64,000 nt of DNA, from NCBI GenBank assembly GCA_041854705.1, contig JBHACV010000037.1, positions 16,749 to 80,748 of the forward strand, given 5' to 3'. Position 1 is the first letter of the stretch, and every line of letters starts with the position of its first letter. Origin of the DNA: Corynebacterium sp. Lineage in GTDB: Bacteria; Actinomycetota; Actinomycetes; Mycobacteriales; Mycobacteriaceae. Of this stretch, positions 8,588-19,365 are shown one piece after another. The notes beneath the pieces are model-generated. The model was not told where the DNA came from. It saw only the letters and a list, made by a program, of their open reading frames with translations, and made no database searches. The position numbers and the translations under genes are program-made.

Positions 8588-10144
8588 CTAGCCGAAGTAA
8601 CCAGGAAGATCGGTGACTTCTGGGGTGCCACCCGCGAAGTAATTCAAAACCACCTTGTTTACTTCTGCATTGCCGGAACCGAAGTGTCCATGCCCTGGGC
8701 CGTGAACGGTAATCAGATGGCTATTCATCTGCTTCTGCATGTTCCAGAAGTTGCCATAAGGAGTCTGTGGATCGTTGGTTCCTTGCAATTGCAGCGGCCG
8801 GACTTTTAGTTCAGAGCCAGTAAAGGCGGGAATTTTGGTGATTGGTGGTGCGCCTTCGCAGTTTGCACCTGATCCAATGACGGTCGCTCCGTTCAAGAAT
8901 ACATCTTTGGTCACCAATGTGTTCCACAAATAGCGGGTGAAATCCGCTCGATTGGGTGCAACTTGGGCTTCATTACAGATCATTGCTTGCTGCATCTGCA
9001 TGGAGGTAACAGCTTCCTTTATAGCCTCGTCTGTAATTTCGCCGTTTCCTGCAATGATGTCCGCCACAGCTTCTGGGCTGATAATTGCATTGGCTAGTTG
9101 CTCCCATGAGCGAGGCATTGGAACCATCTGGTAGGAAAGTAGGTACAGAACAGATTGGGAGATGTTGTTACCCGTGATTAATTGCTCGCCTAGGTTCTGT
9201 GCTTGCGCACGGTTAGGTTCAACGGCATTCATGGCGTCAGCGCCGGTTTGACCAGAACCTTGGATTGGGGCATCGGCAGCAGTTGCCGCTGGCGGTGCCA
9301 ATGGGGGCCACACACCAGCTTCGCTTTGCACTCGTTGTGCCCACTTGGTGTACACCGCATATGGAGTAGTACCAAGGTGATACTTATCATCATTTTTCGC
9401 TACCCATGCAAAGAAGTCGTGCATAGCATTGCGGTACCCGGCTTCTTGTTTGCTCATAATATCTGCCCACAGGGATTCAGCATCCAAACCTGAATCTAAT
9501 ACCACTCGATTGGTTTGAGCTGGGAACAGTGTGGCATAAGTCGAGCCCAAAATGGTGCCATAGGACAATCCCAGAATCGAGATGTGGTCCTTGGCCAAAG
9601 CCTTGCGTACTTCTTCCCAATCTCGGGCAGTGTTTTCTGTGGTCAGGGAATTAGCTAGGCCTGGGTGTGCAGCCTCGCAGGAATCTCGCATTACTTTACC
9701 TGCTTGGAAGATGCCGGTAACTGGGTCCTGCGAGTTTTGATGTTCGAGGCAATATAATGGGGTAGAACCTGGTAAACCACGGGGTTGTACCCCAACGACG
9801 TCGTAATTAGCGAATAGTTCGTCTGGTAGTGGGAAAATCTCGGGGTCATCTATCATCGAGTAGGCGCTGCCACCAGGACCACCGGGATTGACAAAAATAG
9901 TGTCCTTCGCACCTTGAGTGGCCTTATGATAAATGAAGCCTACCGAAATCTTTTCGCCATTGGGATTGCTGTATTCCTTAGGGACGTCGATACGTCCACA
10001 CTGCGCACCCGGCCGTCCCTCAGTATTGGGGCAGTCTTCCCAAGTGATTTTTGCTGCCTGTGCTACTGCAGGTGGTGCAGTTAGCGTCGCTGTAAACACC
10101 CCTGCGCTAACAATAGCTGCAAATATTGATCTGACTACTTTCAC
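8588..10144 (-). CDS. Secreted alpha/beta hydrolase, tripeptidyl-aminopeptidase-like (S33), copy 1
   Basis: Signal peptide ending AVA-QA; NPGGPGGS, nucleophile GLSYGT, C-terminal GPGHGHF; AGGAG RBS favours GTG at 10144. Confidence 0.85.
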   Translation of the reverse strand: MKVVRSIFAAIVSAGVFTATLTAPPAVAQAAKITWEDCPNTEGRPGAQCGRIDVPKEYSNPNGEKISVGFIYHKATQGAKDTIFVNPGGPGGSAYSMIDDPEIFPLPDELFANYDVVGVQPRGLPGSTPLYCLEHQNSQDPVTGIFQAGKVMRDSCEAAHPGLANSLTTENTARDWEEVRKALAKDHISILGLSYGTILGSTYATLFPAQTNRVVLDSGLDAESLWADIMSKQEAGYRNAMHDFFAWVAKNDDKYHLGTTPYAVYTKWAQRVQSEAGVWPPLAPPAATAADAPIQGSGQTGADAMNAVEPNRAQAQNLGEQLITGNNISQSVLYLLSYQMVPMPRSWEQLANAIISPEAVADIIAGNGEITDEAIKEAVTSMQMQQAMICNEAQVAPNRADFTRYLWNTLVTKDVFLNGATVIGSGANCEGAPPITKIPAFTGSELKVRPLQLQGTNDPQTPYGNFWNMQKQMNSHLITVHGPGHGHFGSGNAEVNKVVLNYFAGGTPEVTDLPGYFG

Positions 10145-10200
10145 GTACCTACTCCTTATGACGTCGAAAACAGATCCGTGACTTAGAGTAGTCGAGATCA

Positions 10201-10230
10201 CTCAATGGGGGTGGTACCACCCCCATTGAG
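10201..10230. repeat. Perfect 30-bp palindrome between the two peptidase genes
   Basis: CTCAATGGGGGTGGT/ACCACCCCCATTGAG is exactly self-complementary. Confidence 0.9.
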
Positions 10231-10245
10231 GCGAAAGCCTTTCGG

Positions 10246-11799
10246 CTAACCGAAATAGCCTGGCAAGTCAGTCACCGTTGGGGTGCTGCCTGCGAAGTAT
10301 TCCAAGACGACCTTGTCAACTTTCTTATTGCCAGTGCCGAACTGGCCATGGCCTGGTCCTTTGATAGTTATCAGGTGGCTATTCATATTGCGCTGCATAT
10401 TGGAGAAATTGCCATACGGAGTCTGGGGGTCGCCAGTTGCCTGCAACTGCAGTGGGCGAACCTTCAACTTAGAACCATTAGAGGTGGGAACTTTAGCAAT
10501 CGGTGATGCGCCTTCACAGGCCATACCTGAAACGAAACTAGCAGAGCCCATTGAGAAAATGTCCTTGGTAAAAGTGTAGTTCCACAGTGCGGGGAGGAAC
10601 TGAGACCGGTTGGGTGGGGTCTGCGCCTCGTTGCACATGATGATTTCCTGCATGTGCATGCTGCTTTGCATATCCCGAACTTCCTGTTCCGTGGGATCAC
10701 TGTACTTGGCATAGTAATCGACGATGATCTGTGGATTACTGATCGAGTTAGCCAGTGTTTTCCAATGCGATGGATTTGGCACATTCAAATAGGTGAAGGA
10801 ATACAGCATGGATTCCATTACTGAGCTGCCGGTAGTGAGTTGACTGCTTAGGTTTTCAGATTGGGCGCGTTGCGGCTCAATCGCGTTCATCGCATCCACT
10901 CCAGTTTGACCTGAGCCTTGGACTGGGACATCTGAGGCAGTTGCTTTTGGTGGTTCGACTGGCGGCCATACTCCAGATTCCCGGCGTACCTGTTCAGCCC
11001 ACCGTTGGTAGACAATGTAGGCAGTTTCACCTAGTTGGAGGGTGTCATGGTTTTTGGCTGCCCAGTCGAAGAAATCATGCAAGCCCTGCCGGTATCCAGG
11101 GTTTTGTTTGGCCATGATTTCACTCCACATTAATTCGCTATCAATGCCAGAATCTAGGACAACTCGATTTGTCTGGGTGGGGAACAAAGTGGCATAGGTC
11201 GAGCCCAAAATGGTGCCATAGGAAAGTCCATAAATAGAAATGCGGTCTTTACTTAATGCTTTGCGTACCTCTTCCCAGTCCCGAGCAGTGTTTTCGGTAG
11301 TCACTTCCGCTACGAGACCTGGGTTTCCTTTCTCACAGGCATCTCGTAACTGCCCACCGTTGCGGAAGTAGGAGTCTAATGGGTTTGAAGGATCAATATG
11401 GTCAGCGCATTCTAATGGGGTTGAACCAGGCAATCCGCGTGGCTGGACACCAATGATGGTGTAGTTTTCAAAAAACTCAGCTGGGAAATCGTAATCTTTA
11501 GTATTTCCTAGCCACTCATACACATCACCACTGGGCCCACCAGGATTAACAAAGATGGTGTCTTTTGCTTCTTTAGTTGCTTTAAATTGGACAAATCCAA
11601 CCGAAATCTGCTCACCATCAGGATTGTCATAATCGCGGGGGACGTCGATACGCCCGCATTGTGCGCCGGTGCGGCTAACCGAGGTGGGACAACTTTCCCA
11701 AATAATTTTTGCCGCCTGAGCTAAAACTGGTGTGCTACTAGCGCTGGCTATGAGGGCACCAATGCTTAATGTTGCAAGAAATGCTTTGATGGACTTCAA
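10246..11799 (-). CDS. Secreted alpha/beta hydrolase, tripeptidyl-aminopeptidase-like (S33), copy 2
   Basis: Paralogue of 8588..10144 (GLSYGTILGSTYATLFP, DPQTPYGNF, GPGHG); AGGAG RBS favours TTG at 11799; signal peptide ending VLA-QA. Confidence 0.85.
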   Translation of the reverse strand: MKSIKAFLATLSIGALIASASSTPVLAQAAKIIWESCPTSVSRTGAQCGRIDVPRDYDNPDGEQISVGFVQFKATKEAKDTIFVNPGGPSGDVYEWLGNTKDYDFPAEFFENYTIIGVQPRGLPGSTPLECADHIDPSNPLDSYFRNGGQLRDACEKGNPGLVAEVTTENTARDWEEVRKALSKDRISIYGLSYGTILGSTYATLFPTQTNRVVLDSGIDSELMWSEIMAKQNPGYRQGLHDFFDWAAKNHDTLQLGETAYIVYQRWAEQVRRESGVWPPVEPPKATASDVPVQGSGQTGVDAMNAIEPQRAQSENLSSQLTTGSSVMESMLYSFTYLNVPNPSHWKTLANSISNPQIIVDYYAKYSDPTEQEVRDMQSSMHMQEIIMCNEAQTPPNRSQFLPALWNYTFTKDIFSMGSASFVSGMACEGASPIAKVPTSNGSKLKVRPLQLQATGDPQTPYGNFSNMQRNMNSHLITIKGPGHGQFGTGNKKVDKVVLEYFAGSTPTVTDLPGYFG

Positions 11800-12031
11800 T
11801 TCCCTGCTCCTACTCTTTTTATTCACTGTTTGGGTAATAACATTAGTGGAATCCTGAGGATTTTCCGGGATTGCTCCGAGACTTTTTCAAGTGTTTTCAG
11901 GTTTCGATGAGAGAGGGGTTGTGCTGCTCATTTGGTTCGGGGCGTAATGGAGTAGGGGTGGGTGCGCAGCTAAATTACATGAATGTAGCTAGTAAATTGC
12001 ACAAGACTGAAATGATAAAACCGAGCACTGC

Positions 12032-12068
12032 AAAATCCCCTGCTCGCGGTCTGGTGCGAGCAGGGGAT
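12032..12068 (-). terminator. Terminator of lutABC
   Basis: ATCCCCTGCTCGC-8 nt-GCGAGCAGGGGAT 13-bp stem with U-run on - strand. Confidence 0.8.
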
Positions 12069-12082
12069 AGCGGAGTAACTGG

Positions 12083-12715
12083 CTAGTCGACGATCACACA
12101 GATCAGGGTGCGCGGACCGTGCACACCTTCGACACGATTGAGCTCAATGTCAGAAGTGGCAGAGGGGCCGGAAATCATGGTGACGGGCTTTGTGCGGCCC
12201 AGTTTGGCGATCATTTCTGGCACGCCATAGACAACGTTTTCCATCCGTACGATCACTACATGGCAATCGGGCACGAGAGTTAATGCGCGACGACCACAAA
12301 GTTCATTGGATTCCAAGCAAATCGTGCCCGTTTGGGCAGAGGAAACATGGGAGTCGGTGACCACCGCATCGACGTCGTTTAGTAACCGGGGATCAGTGCT
12401 GCGATCATCGGGAGTGGCAGTACCGGAGAAAGCAGTGAATAGCTTTGGGTCCAGCCCTTCCGCGTAGCGGATTTCTGTTGCGCCACGATCGTTGAGGATT
12501 TCACCGATCGTGTCTGCTAGTTTGTCGGTGGTGGTTTCGTGCACGATGGCCTTGTAGTCCACCAGCCGATCAATCAAGATTTCCTTAAGCTCAGCGGTGT
12601 CGAATTCGGTGGTTTTGTCCACGTTGTACTCTCGGACGATTTCGACATCTTTGGGCATCTCGGAAAGGTGCTGTGCGCTGCGGATTCGATCGAGAATGTC
12701 AGATTTGGCCGACAT
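12083..12715 (-). CDS. lutC: Lactate utilization protein C (LutC/YkgG)
   Basis: [29 protein letters not shown]; third gene of the operon. Confidence 0.88.
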   Translation of the reverse strand: MSAKSDILDRIRSAQHLSEMPKDVEIVREYNVDKTTEFDTAELKEILIDRLVDYKAIVHETTTDKLADTIGEILNDRGATEIRYAEGLDPKLFTAFSGTATPDDRSTDPRLLNDVDAVVTDSHVSSAQTGTICLESNELCGRRALTLVPDCHVVIVRMENVVYGVPEMIAKLGRTKPVTMISGPSATSDIELNRVEGVHGPRTLICVIVD

Positions 12716-12717
12716 GG

Positions 12718-14253
12718 CTAGTCCTCCTTCTTGCCGATGTTGTTTTCCGGCAGGCCTTCTTCCCGCGCTTGCGCGAGTAGATCCTTGGCTTCCTCGGAAT
12801 TGAACCAGGTCCTGAATGACTTCTTTGGTGGTACAGAAGTATCACGCACATTGGTCCACCCGGCTAGGAAACTGGGCAGGTGAGTGATTGTCTTGTTGCT
12901 ACCACCGAGAATGCGGCCCATAAACACTACCTTGGTGGCAGTGTTCCACAGCGCTTGATTGCCCCAGAGGAATTGCATGCTGCCAAGTAGGGTGCCTTCG
13001 ATCTTGGGCTTGTGCTCTTTGATTTTCTTGTGGCGCAGTTCCAGCAGTGCATCGGTGATGGGGATCTTCACGGGGCAGACCTCATTGCACCGACCGCACA
13101 GAGAGGACGCATATGGCAGGTACCCATTCGGATCATGTGAATCATTGATGCCGGTTAACTGCGGAGTCAAAATCGCGCCAATAGGACCGGGATAGGTCGA
13201 GCCATAGGCGTGGCCACCTGCGCGTTCGTACACTGGGCAGACATTCAGGCACGCTGAGCAGCGGATGCACTTTAAGGCTTCACGGCCAATCTCGTCAGCC
13301 ATTGCAGCAGTCCGACCATTATCGAGCAGCACGATGTGGAAGTTTTGGGGACCATCGTCTTCTGTTACCCCTGCCCACAGGGAGGTATAGGGGTTCATGC
13401 GCTCGCCAGTTGAAGACCGGGGTAGCAGCTGGAGGAAGGTTTCATAATCCTGGAAGGTTGGCAGGATTTTTTCGATGCCCATCACGGAGATCAGGGTTTC
13501 TGGCAAGGTCAGACACATGCGGCCGTTGCCTTCAGATTCCACGATGGTTACGTGCCCAGTCTCGGCGATACCAAAGTTAGCACCAGAAATGGCGACCTTG
13601 GCCTCCATGAATTGCTCGCGTAGATACAGTCGTGCGGCTTCTGCTAGTTCGGCAGGTTCTGAGGAAATGGACTCATCTAGATGCGGCATCTTCTTCAAAA
13701 AGATGCTTCGAATCTCTGCCCGATTGCGGTGAATGGCGGGCACCAGAATGTGTGATGGTTTGTCTTCTCCAAGCTGGACGATCAATTCTGCCAGGTCGGT
13801 TTCTTGGGCGAAGATACCAGCTGATTCCAGCTGCTCATTGAGCGCGATTTCTTGGGTGGCCATCGACTTGATCTTGACCACTTTGGTTTCACCGGTGGCT
13901 TTGACTAGGTCGGTGACAATTCGACCTGCTTCTTCTGCGTCACGGGCCCAGTGAACATGGCCGCCCTTGGCAGTTACCGCTTCCTCGAATTGTTCCAACA
14001 GTTCTGGCAGATGAGCCATGACATAGCGCTTGGTGGTTGAACCTGCTTCCCGCAGGGCCTCCCAGTCGTCGATTTCGTCGATGACTGCTTGACGCTTGTT
14101 GCGGATAGTGGTGGTGGCCTTGGTCAGGTTCCGCCGCTGGGTGACATTATTAAGCTCAAAGTGAGCGTTCTTGGGGAAGGGGCGATCGCCCCGCAGGTTG
14201 GAGATTTTTGATGCTCTCGGGGGCATCGCAGGGTTGCCGAGAAAGACACTCAC
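12718..14253 (-). CDS. lutB: Lactate utilization Fe-S protein B (LutB/YkgF)
   Basis: [12 protein letters not shown] and [12 protein letters not shown] 4Fe-4S motifs; GTG start overlaps the lutA TGA, GGAGG RBS. Confidence 0.92.
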   Translation of the reverse strand: MSVFLGNPAMPPRASKISNLRGDRPFPKNAHFELNNVTQRRNLTKATTTIRNKRQAVIDEIDDWEALREAGSTTKRYVMAHLPELLEQFEEAVTAKGGHVHWARDAEEAGRIVTDLVKATGETKVVKIKSMATQEIALNEQLESAGIFAQETDLAELIVQLGEDKPSHILVPAIHRNRAEIRSIFLKKMPHLDESISSEPAELAEAARLYLREQFMEAKVAISGANFGIAETGHVTIVESEGNGRMCLTLPETLISVMGIEKILPTFQDYETFLQLLPRSSTGERMNPYTSLWAGVTEDDGPQNFHIVLLDNGRTAAMADEIGREALKCIRCSACLNVCPVYERAGGHAYGSTYPGPIGAILTPQLTGINDSHDPNGYLPYASSLCGRCNEVCPVKIPITDALLELRHKKIKEHKPKIEGTLLGSMQFLWGNQALWNTATKVVFMGRILGGSNKTITHLPSFLAGWTNVRDTSVPPKKSFRTWFNSEEAKDLLAQAREEGLPENNIGKKED

Positions 14254-15035
14254 AGCATTACCTCCTTGGAATAAGCAGCCGAGGTGGGCGTCCACGGATG
14301 GGCTTTAGTGGAAGCGAGGATTTCGGCTAAGTGGATGGCACGGATTCCGACATGCTGTCGGGACAAGGAACCGGCGATGTTCATCAGGCAGGAAGAGTCA
14401 CCACCAGTGACATATTCGGCACCAGTGAGTTCGATATTGCGGCACTTGTCGGCAACCATTGCCGCCGACACCTCAGCGTTTTTCAGCGAGAAAGTGCCAC
14501 CGAAACCACAGCATTCTTCCTTATTGGGTAGGTCGATTAGCTCGATGCCTTCAACTTGGCTCAGCAACCGATAGGGACGGTCACCCAATTTGATAAAACG
14601 CAGGCCATGGCAGGACGGATGGTAGGTGACCTTGTGGGGGAAGAAGGCACCAACATTTTCCACACCGGCGACGTCGATAAGAAATTCGGGCAGATCTAGT
14701 GTCTTCTTTGCAGCCCGAGCTGCGCCATCGGCCAGTCCTGGCTTGCCGTAGCGCTTGGCTACGTGTTCATGCTGTTCGCGGACCGCGCCGACACAGGAGC
14801 CAGAGGGGGCTACCACATAGTCGATGGAGGGGTCTTCGAAAGCCTCTACATAGTTCTTGATTAGCGGGATAGCTTCTTTCTGATATCCAGTATTCACGTG
14901 CATCTGTCCGCAACAGGTTTGTTGCTGCGGAAAGACAACCTCGTGACCGAGGCGTGAAAGTAGTAGAGCGGTTGCCTTCGAAGCATCGGGGAACATGGCG
15001 TCACCGATGCAGGTAGAAAAGAGCGCAACTCTCAT
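14250..15035 (-). CDS. lutA: Lactate utilization protein A (LutA/YkgE, CCG domains)
   Basis: QTCCGQ, ECCGFGG CCG motifs; AAGGAG RBS before ATG 15035 (MRVALFSTC). Confidence 0.92.
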   Translation of the reverse strand: MRVALFSTCIGDAMFPDASKATALLLSRLGHEVVFPQQQTCCGQMHVNTGYQKEAIPLIKNYVEAFEDPSIDYVVAPSGSCVGAVREQHEHVAKRYGKPGLADGAARAAKKTLDLPEFLIDVAGVENVGAFFPHKVTYHPSCHGLRFIKLGDRPYRLLSQVEGIELIDLPNKEECCGFGGTFSLKNAEVSAAMVADKCRNIELTGAEYVTGGDSSCLMNIAGSLSRQHVGIRAIHLAEILASTKAHPWTPTSAAYSKEVML

Positions 15036-15437
15036 GTGGTGATGCTCCTTACATGTGGATGGAATCGTACCGACCTGGCCATCTACGTGGCTTCCCAGAT
15101 TCAGGACGCTGCCGCTGCCCCTTATCGGGAAATCCACATTCGCCAAAGCGGGAAGTGACAATGAGGCGTCTAGTTAGAAGCGTGAAATGTCAGGTTGTAT
15201 CTCCACCGTACCGAAAAATTGGTGTGTTTTTTAGTAAGTGTAAGCTTTGTGTTTTGCTTACCTAGCTGGACTTATATACGAAACACTAGTGTTGCCTAAA
15301 TCGGTTTAGGTTTAGTCAAGCTTTCCGCAGCTATTGACAACATAGGTATCTGATTGTTGTTTACAGTTTTGTCCGCTTTTGATACCCCACCGTCAGCTGG
15401 TTGTTGCGGGTTAGTGCCCCACTGTCATGGTGGTAGT

Positions 15438-15471
15438 AAAAACCCCGCAGGATCGTTTCAGCTGCGGGGTT
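15438..15471 (-). terminator. Terminator after lctP
   Basis: AACCCCGCAG-11 nt-CTGCGGGGTT stem, U-run on - strand. Confidence 0.7.
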
Positions 15472-15488
15472 AGTGTGGCACTTTGGGG

Positions 15489-17159
15489 TTAAGGGACTAC
15501 CGGTGCCATGAAGGAAAGGACGTTGGTCTGCAGGAAGATCAGGCAGCAGACGACAATTAGCAGTAGGAAGGACCAGCCAACCACAGCCTTGAAAATGTCG
15601 GATTCGCGGCCTTCCATTTGTACCGAGGTAGCGGCAATGGCTAGTGACTGAGGCGAGATCATCTTGCCAACCACACCACCGGTCGTGTTGGCGGCCAGCA
15701 TTAGGTCGGGGTTGAGACCAGCATGCTCGGCGGCGGTGACCTGCATCTTGCCAAACAGCGCATTGGCAGAGGTATCAGAACCAGTGACGGCCGTACCAAT
15801 CCAGCCGAGGGTAGGTGCTAGGAAGGCGTAAACCGCACCGAGGGAGGCAACAAACTCGCCGATAGCAATGGTTTGACCGGAGTAGTTCATTACATAAGCC
15901 AGACCGAGGACCAAAACGATGGTTACAGCCGACCAGCGCATCCGATACCAGACGGAGAAGAACTCTTGTACCACTTGGCCAGCGGAAAGTTGGTACAGAC
16001 CGTTTTCATTGAAAACGGCGTATGCAATGGCAACGATCAGACCGGAAATGAGTAGTAGAGTGCCTGGATTAGCTAGCAATGCCAAGGAGTAAGCAGACTT
16101 AACTGGATCTCCAGAAGCGGTGACTAGTTGGTCTTTCAGCAGCGGCCATTCAATGGTCAGGGTTGCTTTCTTTAGTAGTTCAGGGATGGCGGTACCCAAG
16201 TTGGCGACACCGAAAACCAAGGTGACTACTAGGTAGGGCATCAAAGCCATCCATACGCGGCGTACTGGTAGTGCTTCGGTGGTGGCAGCGGGAGGTAGGT
16301 CCATGCGCTGACGCATTTCCTCGACTCCGTGGGGTTTCCAGAATTGCAGGAAAACAAAGGCAGCACCAAGCGAGACGATACAAGCAACCACATCGGTGAG
16401 CTGGTAGGCAAAGTAATTGGAGGTAGCCCACTGAGCAATACCAAAAGAAATACCAATGACAAAAGCGGGGACCCATGCGTCTTTGACACCACGACGACCG
16501 TCGAGAATGTACAACAAGATAGCGGGCACGAATATTGCGATCAGCGGTGCTTGGTGACCAACAATTGCGGCAATGTTCTTGGTTTGTTCCAAAGTACGAC
16601 CAGCGACATCACCCGCGGTGGTAATCGGGATGGCGACAGCGCCGAAGGCAACGGGTGCGGTATTAGCCAGCAACACCACAGTGGCAGCTTTGAGTGGTTT
16701 CACGCCAAGGGCCAGAATCATGGTGGCGGTAATTGCCACTGGTGCGCCGAAGCCAGCGAGTGCCTCAAGCAAACCACCAAAACAGAATGCAATCAGGATG
16801 GCTTGAATACGCACGTCACCGTTGCCAAGCTTGTCGAAGGTACGGCGTAGATCTTCAAAGCGGCCTGATGCGACAGTGATTTGGTAGAACCAAATCGCCA
16901 TCACAATCACCCAGACAATGGGGAAGAATCCGAAGACACCGCCACGCAAGGTGGACATCAAGGCCAAGGAAGTCGGCATATTGAAGCCGACGATAGCCAC
17001 AATAATGGCGGCTAGGGTTGCTGCGGCAGCAGACACATGGGCGCGTGCTTTGACGCCAATGAGCATGATGAAAAATGTCAGCAGTGGGATGCACGCCACC
17101 AATGCTGACAATCCGAGACTGCCGCCTACGGAATTGGTCACAGCGGTAAAGGTTGTCAC
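15489..17159 (-). CDS. lctP: L-lactate permease
   Basis: LEALAGFGAPVAI, NTAPVAFGAVAIP, GSDTSANALFG, GKMISPQS; multi-TM; AAGGAG RBS. Confidence 0.93.
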   Translation of the reverse strand: MTTFTAVTNSVGGSLGLSALVACIPLLTFFIMLIGVKARAHVSAAAATLAAIIVAIVGFNMPTSLALMSTLRGGVFGFFPIVWVIVMAIWFYQITVASGRFEDLRRTFDKLGNGDVRIQAILIAFCFGGLLEALAGFGAPVAITATMILALGVKPLKAATVVLLANTAPVAFGAVAIPITTAGDVAGRTLEQTKNIAAIVGHQAPLIAIFVPAILLYILDGRRGVKDAWVPAFVIGISFGIAQWATSNYFAYQLTDVVACIVSLGAAFVFLQFWKPHGVEEMRQRMDLPPAATTEALPVRRVWMALMPYLVVTLVFGVANLGTAIPELLKKATLTIEWPLLKDQLVTASGDPVKSAYSLALLANPGTLLLISGLIVAIAYAVFNENGLYQLSAGQVVQEFFSVWYRMRWSAVTIVLVLGLAYVMNYSGQTIAIGEFVASLGAVYAFLAPTLGWIGTAVTGSDTSANALFGKMQVTAAEHAGLNPDLMLAANTTGGVVGKMISPQSLAIAATSVQMEGRESDIFKAVVGWSFLLLIVVCCLIFLQTNVLSFMAPVVP

Positions 17160-17637
17160 TGCAACTCCTTTTCGTTGTAGATATGAATTCGGCCTGTTAG
17201 AAGATTGTCTAAGATCTTTTGAGGAGACCTAGGACAACTCATAGGGATTTAGGTTCGAAACAATCGGCCTAATTTCTTCAATTATTGCGTGACTGAATCT
17301 TTCCTTCCAGATGTGTTCTAACCCTCGCGGCTAGAAAAAGACAATCCATGCCACATTCCTTTGATTGTGCTTCTGATGAAGCTGTGTTTCAAAAAGGAAG
17401 ATTTGAGCCGAAAGGTGAGTACAACCGAAAGAAATTCTTTGCAGCATTTGAGTCAAAAATCGTCAGTGCGCGAGTAGACACCGGTGTCGCGGCGGAAAAA
17501 ATAAATCTGTCCAGCGCGCCGTCACGGGGGTGCTGAGGGGGTGATTTGATTAGTTGATGATCTCAGAAATCAACAACTGAACTCGACTCGATTGGGCATT
17601 TCAGCAAGCTGTTTTAGATGCGTTAGACTTACCCGTT

Positions 17638-19290
17638 ATGACACCAGCGGATTTATCAGCCCTTATCCACCGCACTGCCGTTACCGTGCTGGAAAACAAA
17701 GAGGTGGATCCTTCGGTTTTGCCAACAGAGGTGGTGGTTGAGCGACCTCGTAATCCAGAGCATGGTGACTATGCCACGAATCTGGCATTGCAGGTGGCAA
17801 AGAAGGCTGGCATGAATCCACGGGAGCTCGGCCAATTACTTGCCGACGCTCTTAGCTTCGATGCGGCAATCGAGACTGCAGAAATTGCTGGACCTGGGTT
17901 TATTAACATTCGGCTGGCAGCCGCTGCACAAGGGCAGATTGTGGCTAATATTCTTGCTGAAGGTGCACAGTTCGGTCATAACGGGCGGTACGCGGGCATG
18001 AAAATCAATCTGGAGTTCGTTTCGGCAAACCCCACAGGTCCGATTCATCTGGGTGGTACCCGGTGGGCAGCAGTCGGTGATTCCTTGGGGCGGGTGCTAG
18101 CAGCATCTGGGGCTGAAGTGACTCGCGAGTATTATTTCAACGATCATGGTCGGCAGATTGATCGTTTCACCGATTCATTGATTGCTGCCGCTCAGGGGGA
18201 GCCAACTCCAGAAGATGGCTATGGTGGTGCCTATATTCAGCACATTGCATCAGCAATTGTTGCTGATGCACCGACGGTGTTGTCATTGCCAGAAGCTGAA
18301 TTGCGGGAGGTGTTCCGAGCTCAAGGAGTGGCAATGATGTTTGATCAGATCAAGCGGTCGCTGCATGAGTTTGGGGTGGATTTTGATGTATTTTTCCATG
18401 AGAACTCTTTGTTTGAATCAGGCGCAGTAGAGCGTAGTGTGTCGCTACTGAAAGACAATGGCAGTTTGTATTTTGCAGACGGGGCTTGGTGGTTGCGGTC
18501 GACTGAATATGGTGACGATAAAGACCGCGTAGTAATCAAGTCTGATGGTGATGCGGCGTATATTGCTGGTGACATTGCCTATGCGGCAGATAAATTTGAG
18601 CGGGGCCATGATCTTGCCATTTACATGCTGGGGGCAGATCACCATGGTTATATTTCCCGGTTGCGGGCGGCAGCCGCAGCGATGGGGTACAACCCAAATC
18701 AAGTGGAAGTGCTCATTGGGCAGATGGTTAATCTACTGCGCAATGGGGAGTCAGTGAAGATGTCTAAGCGAGCTGGGACAGTAATCACTCTTGATGATCT
18801 GGTTGAAGCTATTGGGGTTGATGGTGCCCGCTATGCATTGGTGCGTTCCTCAGTGGATTCCACCTTAGATATTGATTTGGGTCTATGGGAGTCGCAGTCC
18901 TCAGACAACCCAGTGTATTACGTTCAATATGGGCATGCCCGGCTGTGTTCTATTGCCCGGAAGGCGGCAGAACTGGGAGTCAGTGTTGACAATCCAGATT
19001 TGTCATTATTGGTGCATGAACGGGAAGGTGATTTGATTCGCACTCTTGGTGAGTTCCCAGCGGTGGTCAAGGCTGCTGCCGAATTGCGGGAACCACACCG
19101 GATTGCGCGATATGCCGAGGAATTGGCAGGTACTTTCCATCGGTTCTATGACAACTGTCAGATTCTACCCAAGCAAGGTGAGGCCAATGCGCCTATCTTT
19201 ACTGCCCGCTTGGCGTTGGCGACTGCGAGTCGCCAAGTTTTGGCCAATGCATTGGGACTTGTGGGGGTTTCCGCACCAGAGCGGATGTAG
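17638..19290 (+). CDS. argS: Arginyl-tRNA synthetase
   Basis: [18 protein letters not shown]-like motif, [17 protein letters not shown]. Confidence 0.97.
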   Translation: MTPADLSALIHRTAVTVLENKEVDPSVLPTEVVVERPRNPEHGDYATNLALQVAKKAGMNPRELGQLLADALSFDAAIETAEIAGPGFINIRLAAAAQGQIVANILAEGAQFGHNGRYAGMKINLEFVSANPTGPIHLGGTRWAAVGDSLGRVLAASGAEVTREYYFNDHGRQIDRFTDSLIAAAQGEPTPEDGYGGAYIQHIASAIVADAPTVLSLPEAELREVFRAQGVAMMFDQIKRSLHEFGVDFDVFFHENSLFESGAVERSVSLLKDNGSLYFADGAWWLRSTEYGDDKDRVVIKSDGDAAYIAGDIAYAADKFERGHDLAIYMLGADHHGYISRLRAAAAAMGYNPNQVEVLIGQMVNLLRNGESVKMSKRAGTVITLDDLVEAIGVDGARYALVRSSVDSTLDIDLGLWESQSSDNPVYYVQYGHARLCSIARKAAELGVSVDNPDLSLLVHEREGDLIRTLGEFPAVVKAAAELREPHRIARYAEELAGTFHRFYDNCQILPKQGEANAPIFTARLALATASRQVLANALGLVGVSAPERM

Positions 19291-19365
19291 CATGAGTAGT
19301 TTGTTGGCGTTATTGGTAGGAAATCAAGGCGCCACAGGCAGCGTTAATTTTATAAGGATTCTTTT

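Noticed and set aside
15303-15321. Possible DtxR box upstream of lutA
   Set aside because: Only about 11 of 18 consensus positions match and the right half-site is poor
17348-17536. 62-aa ORF upstream of argS
   Set aside because: No RBS and no recognisable motif; lies in the divergent lctP/argS promoter region
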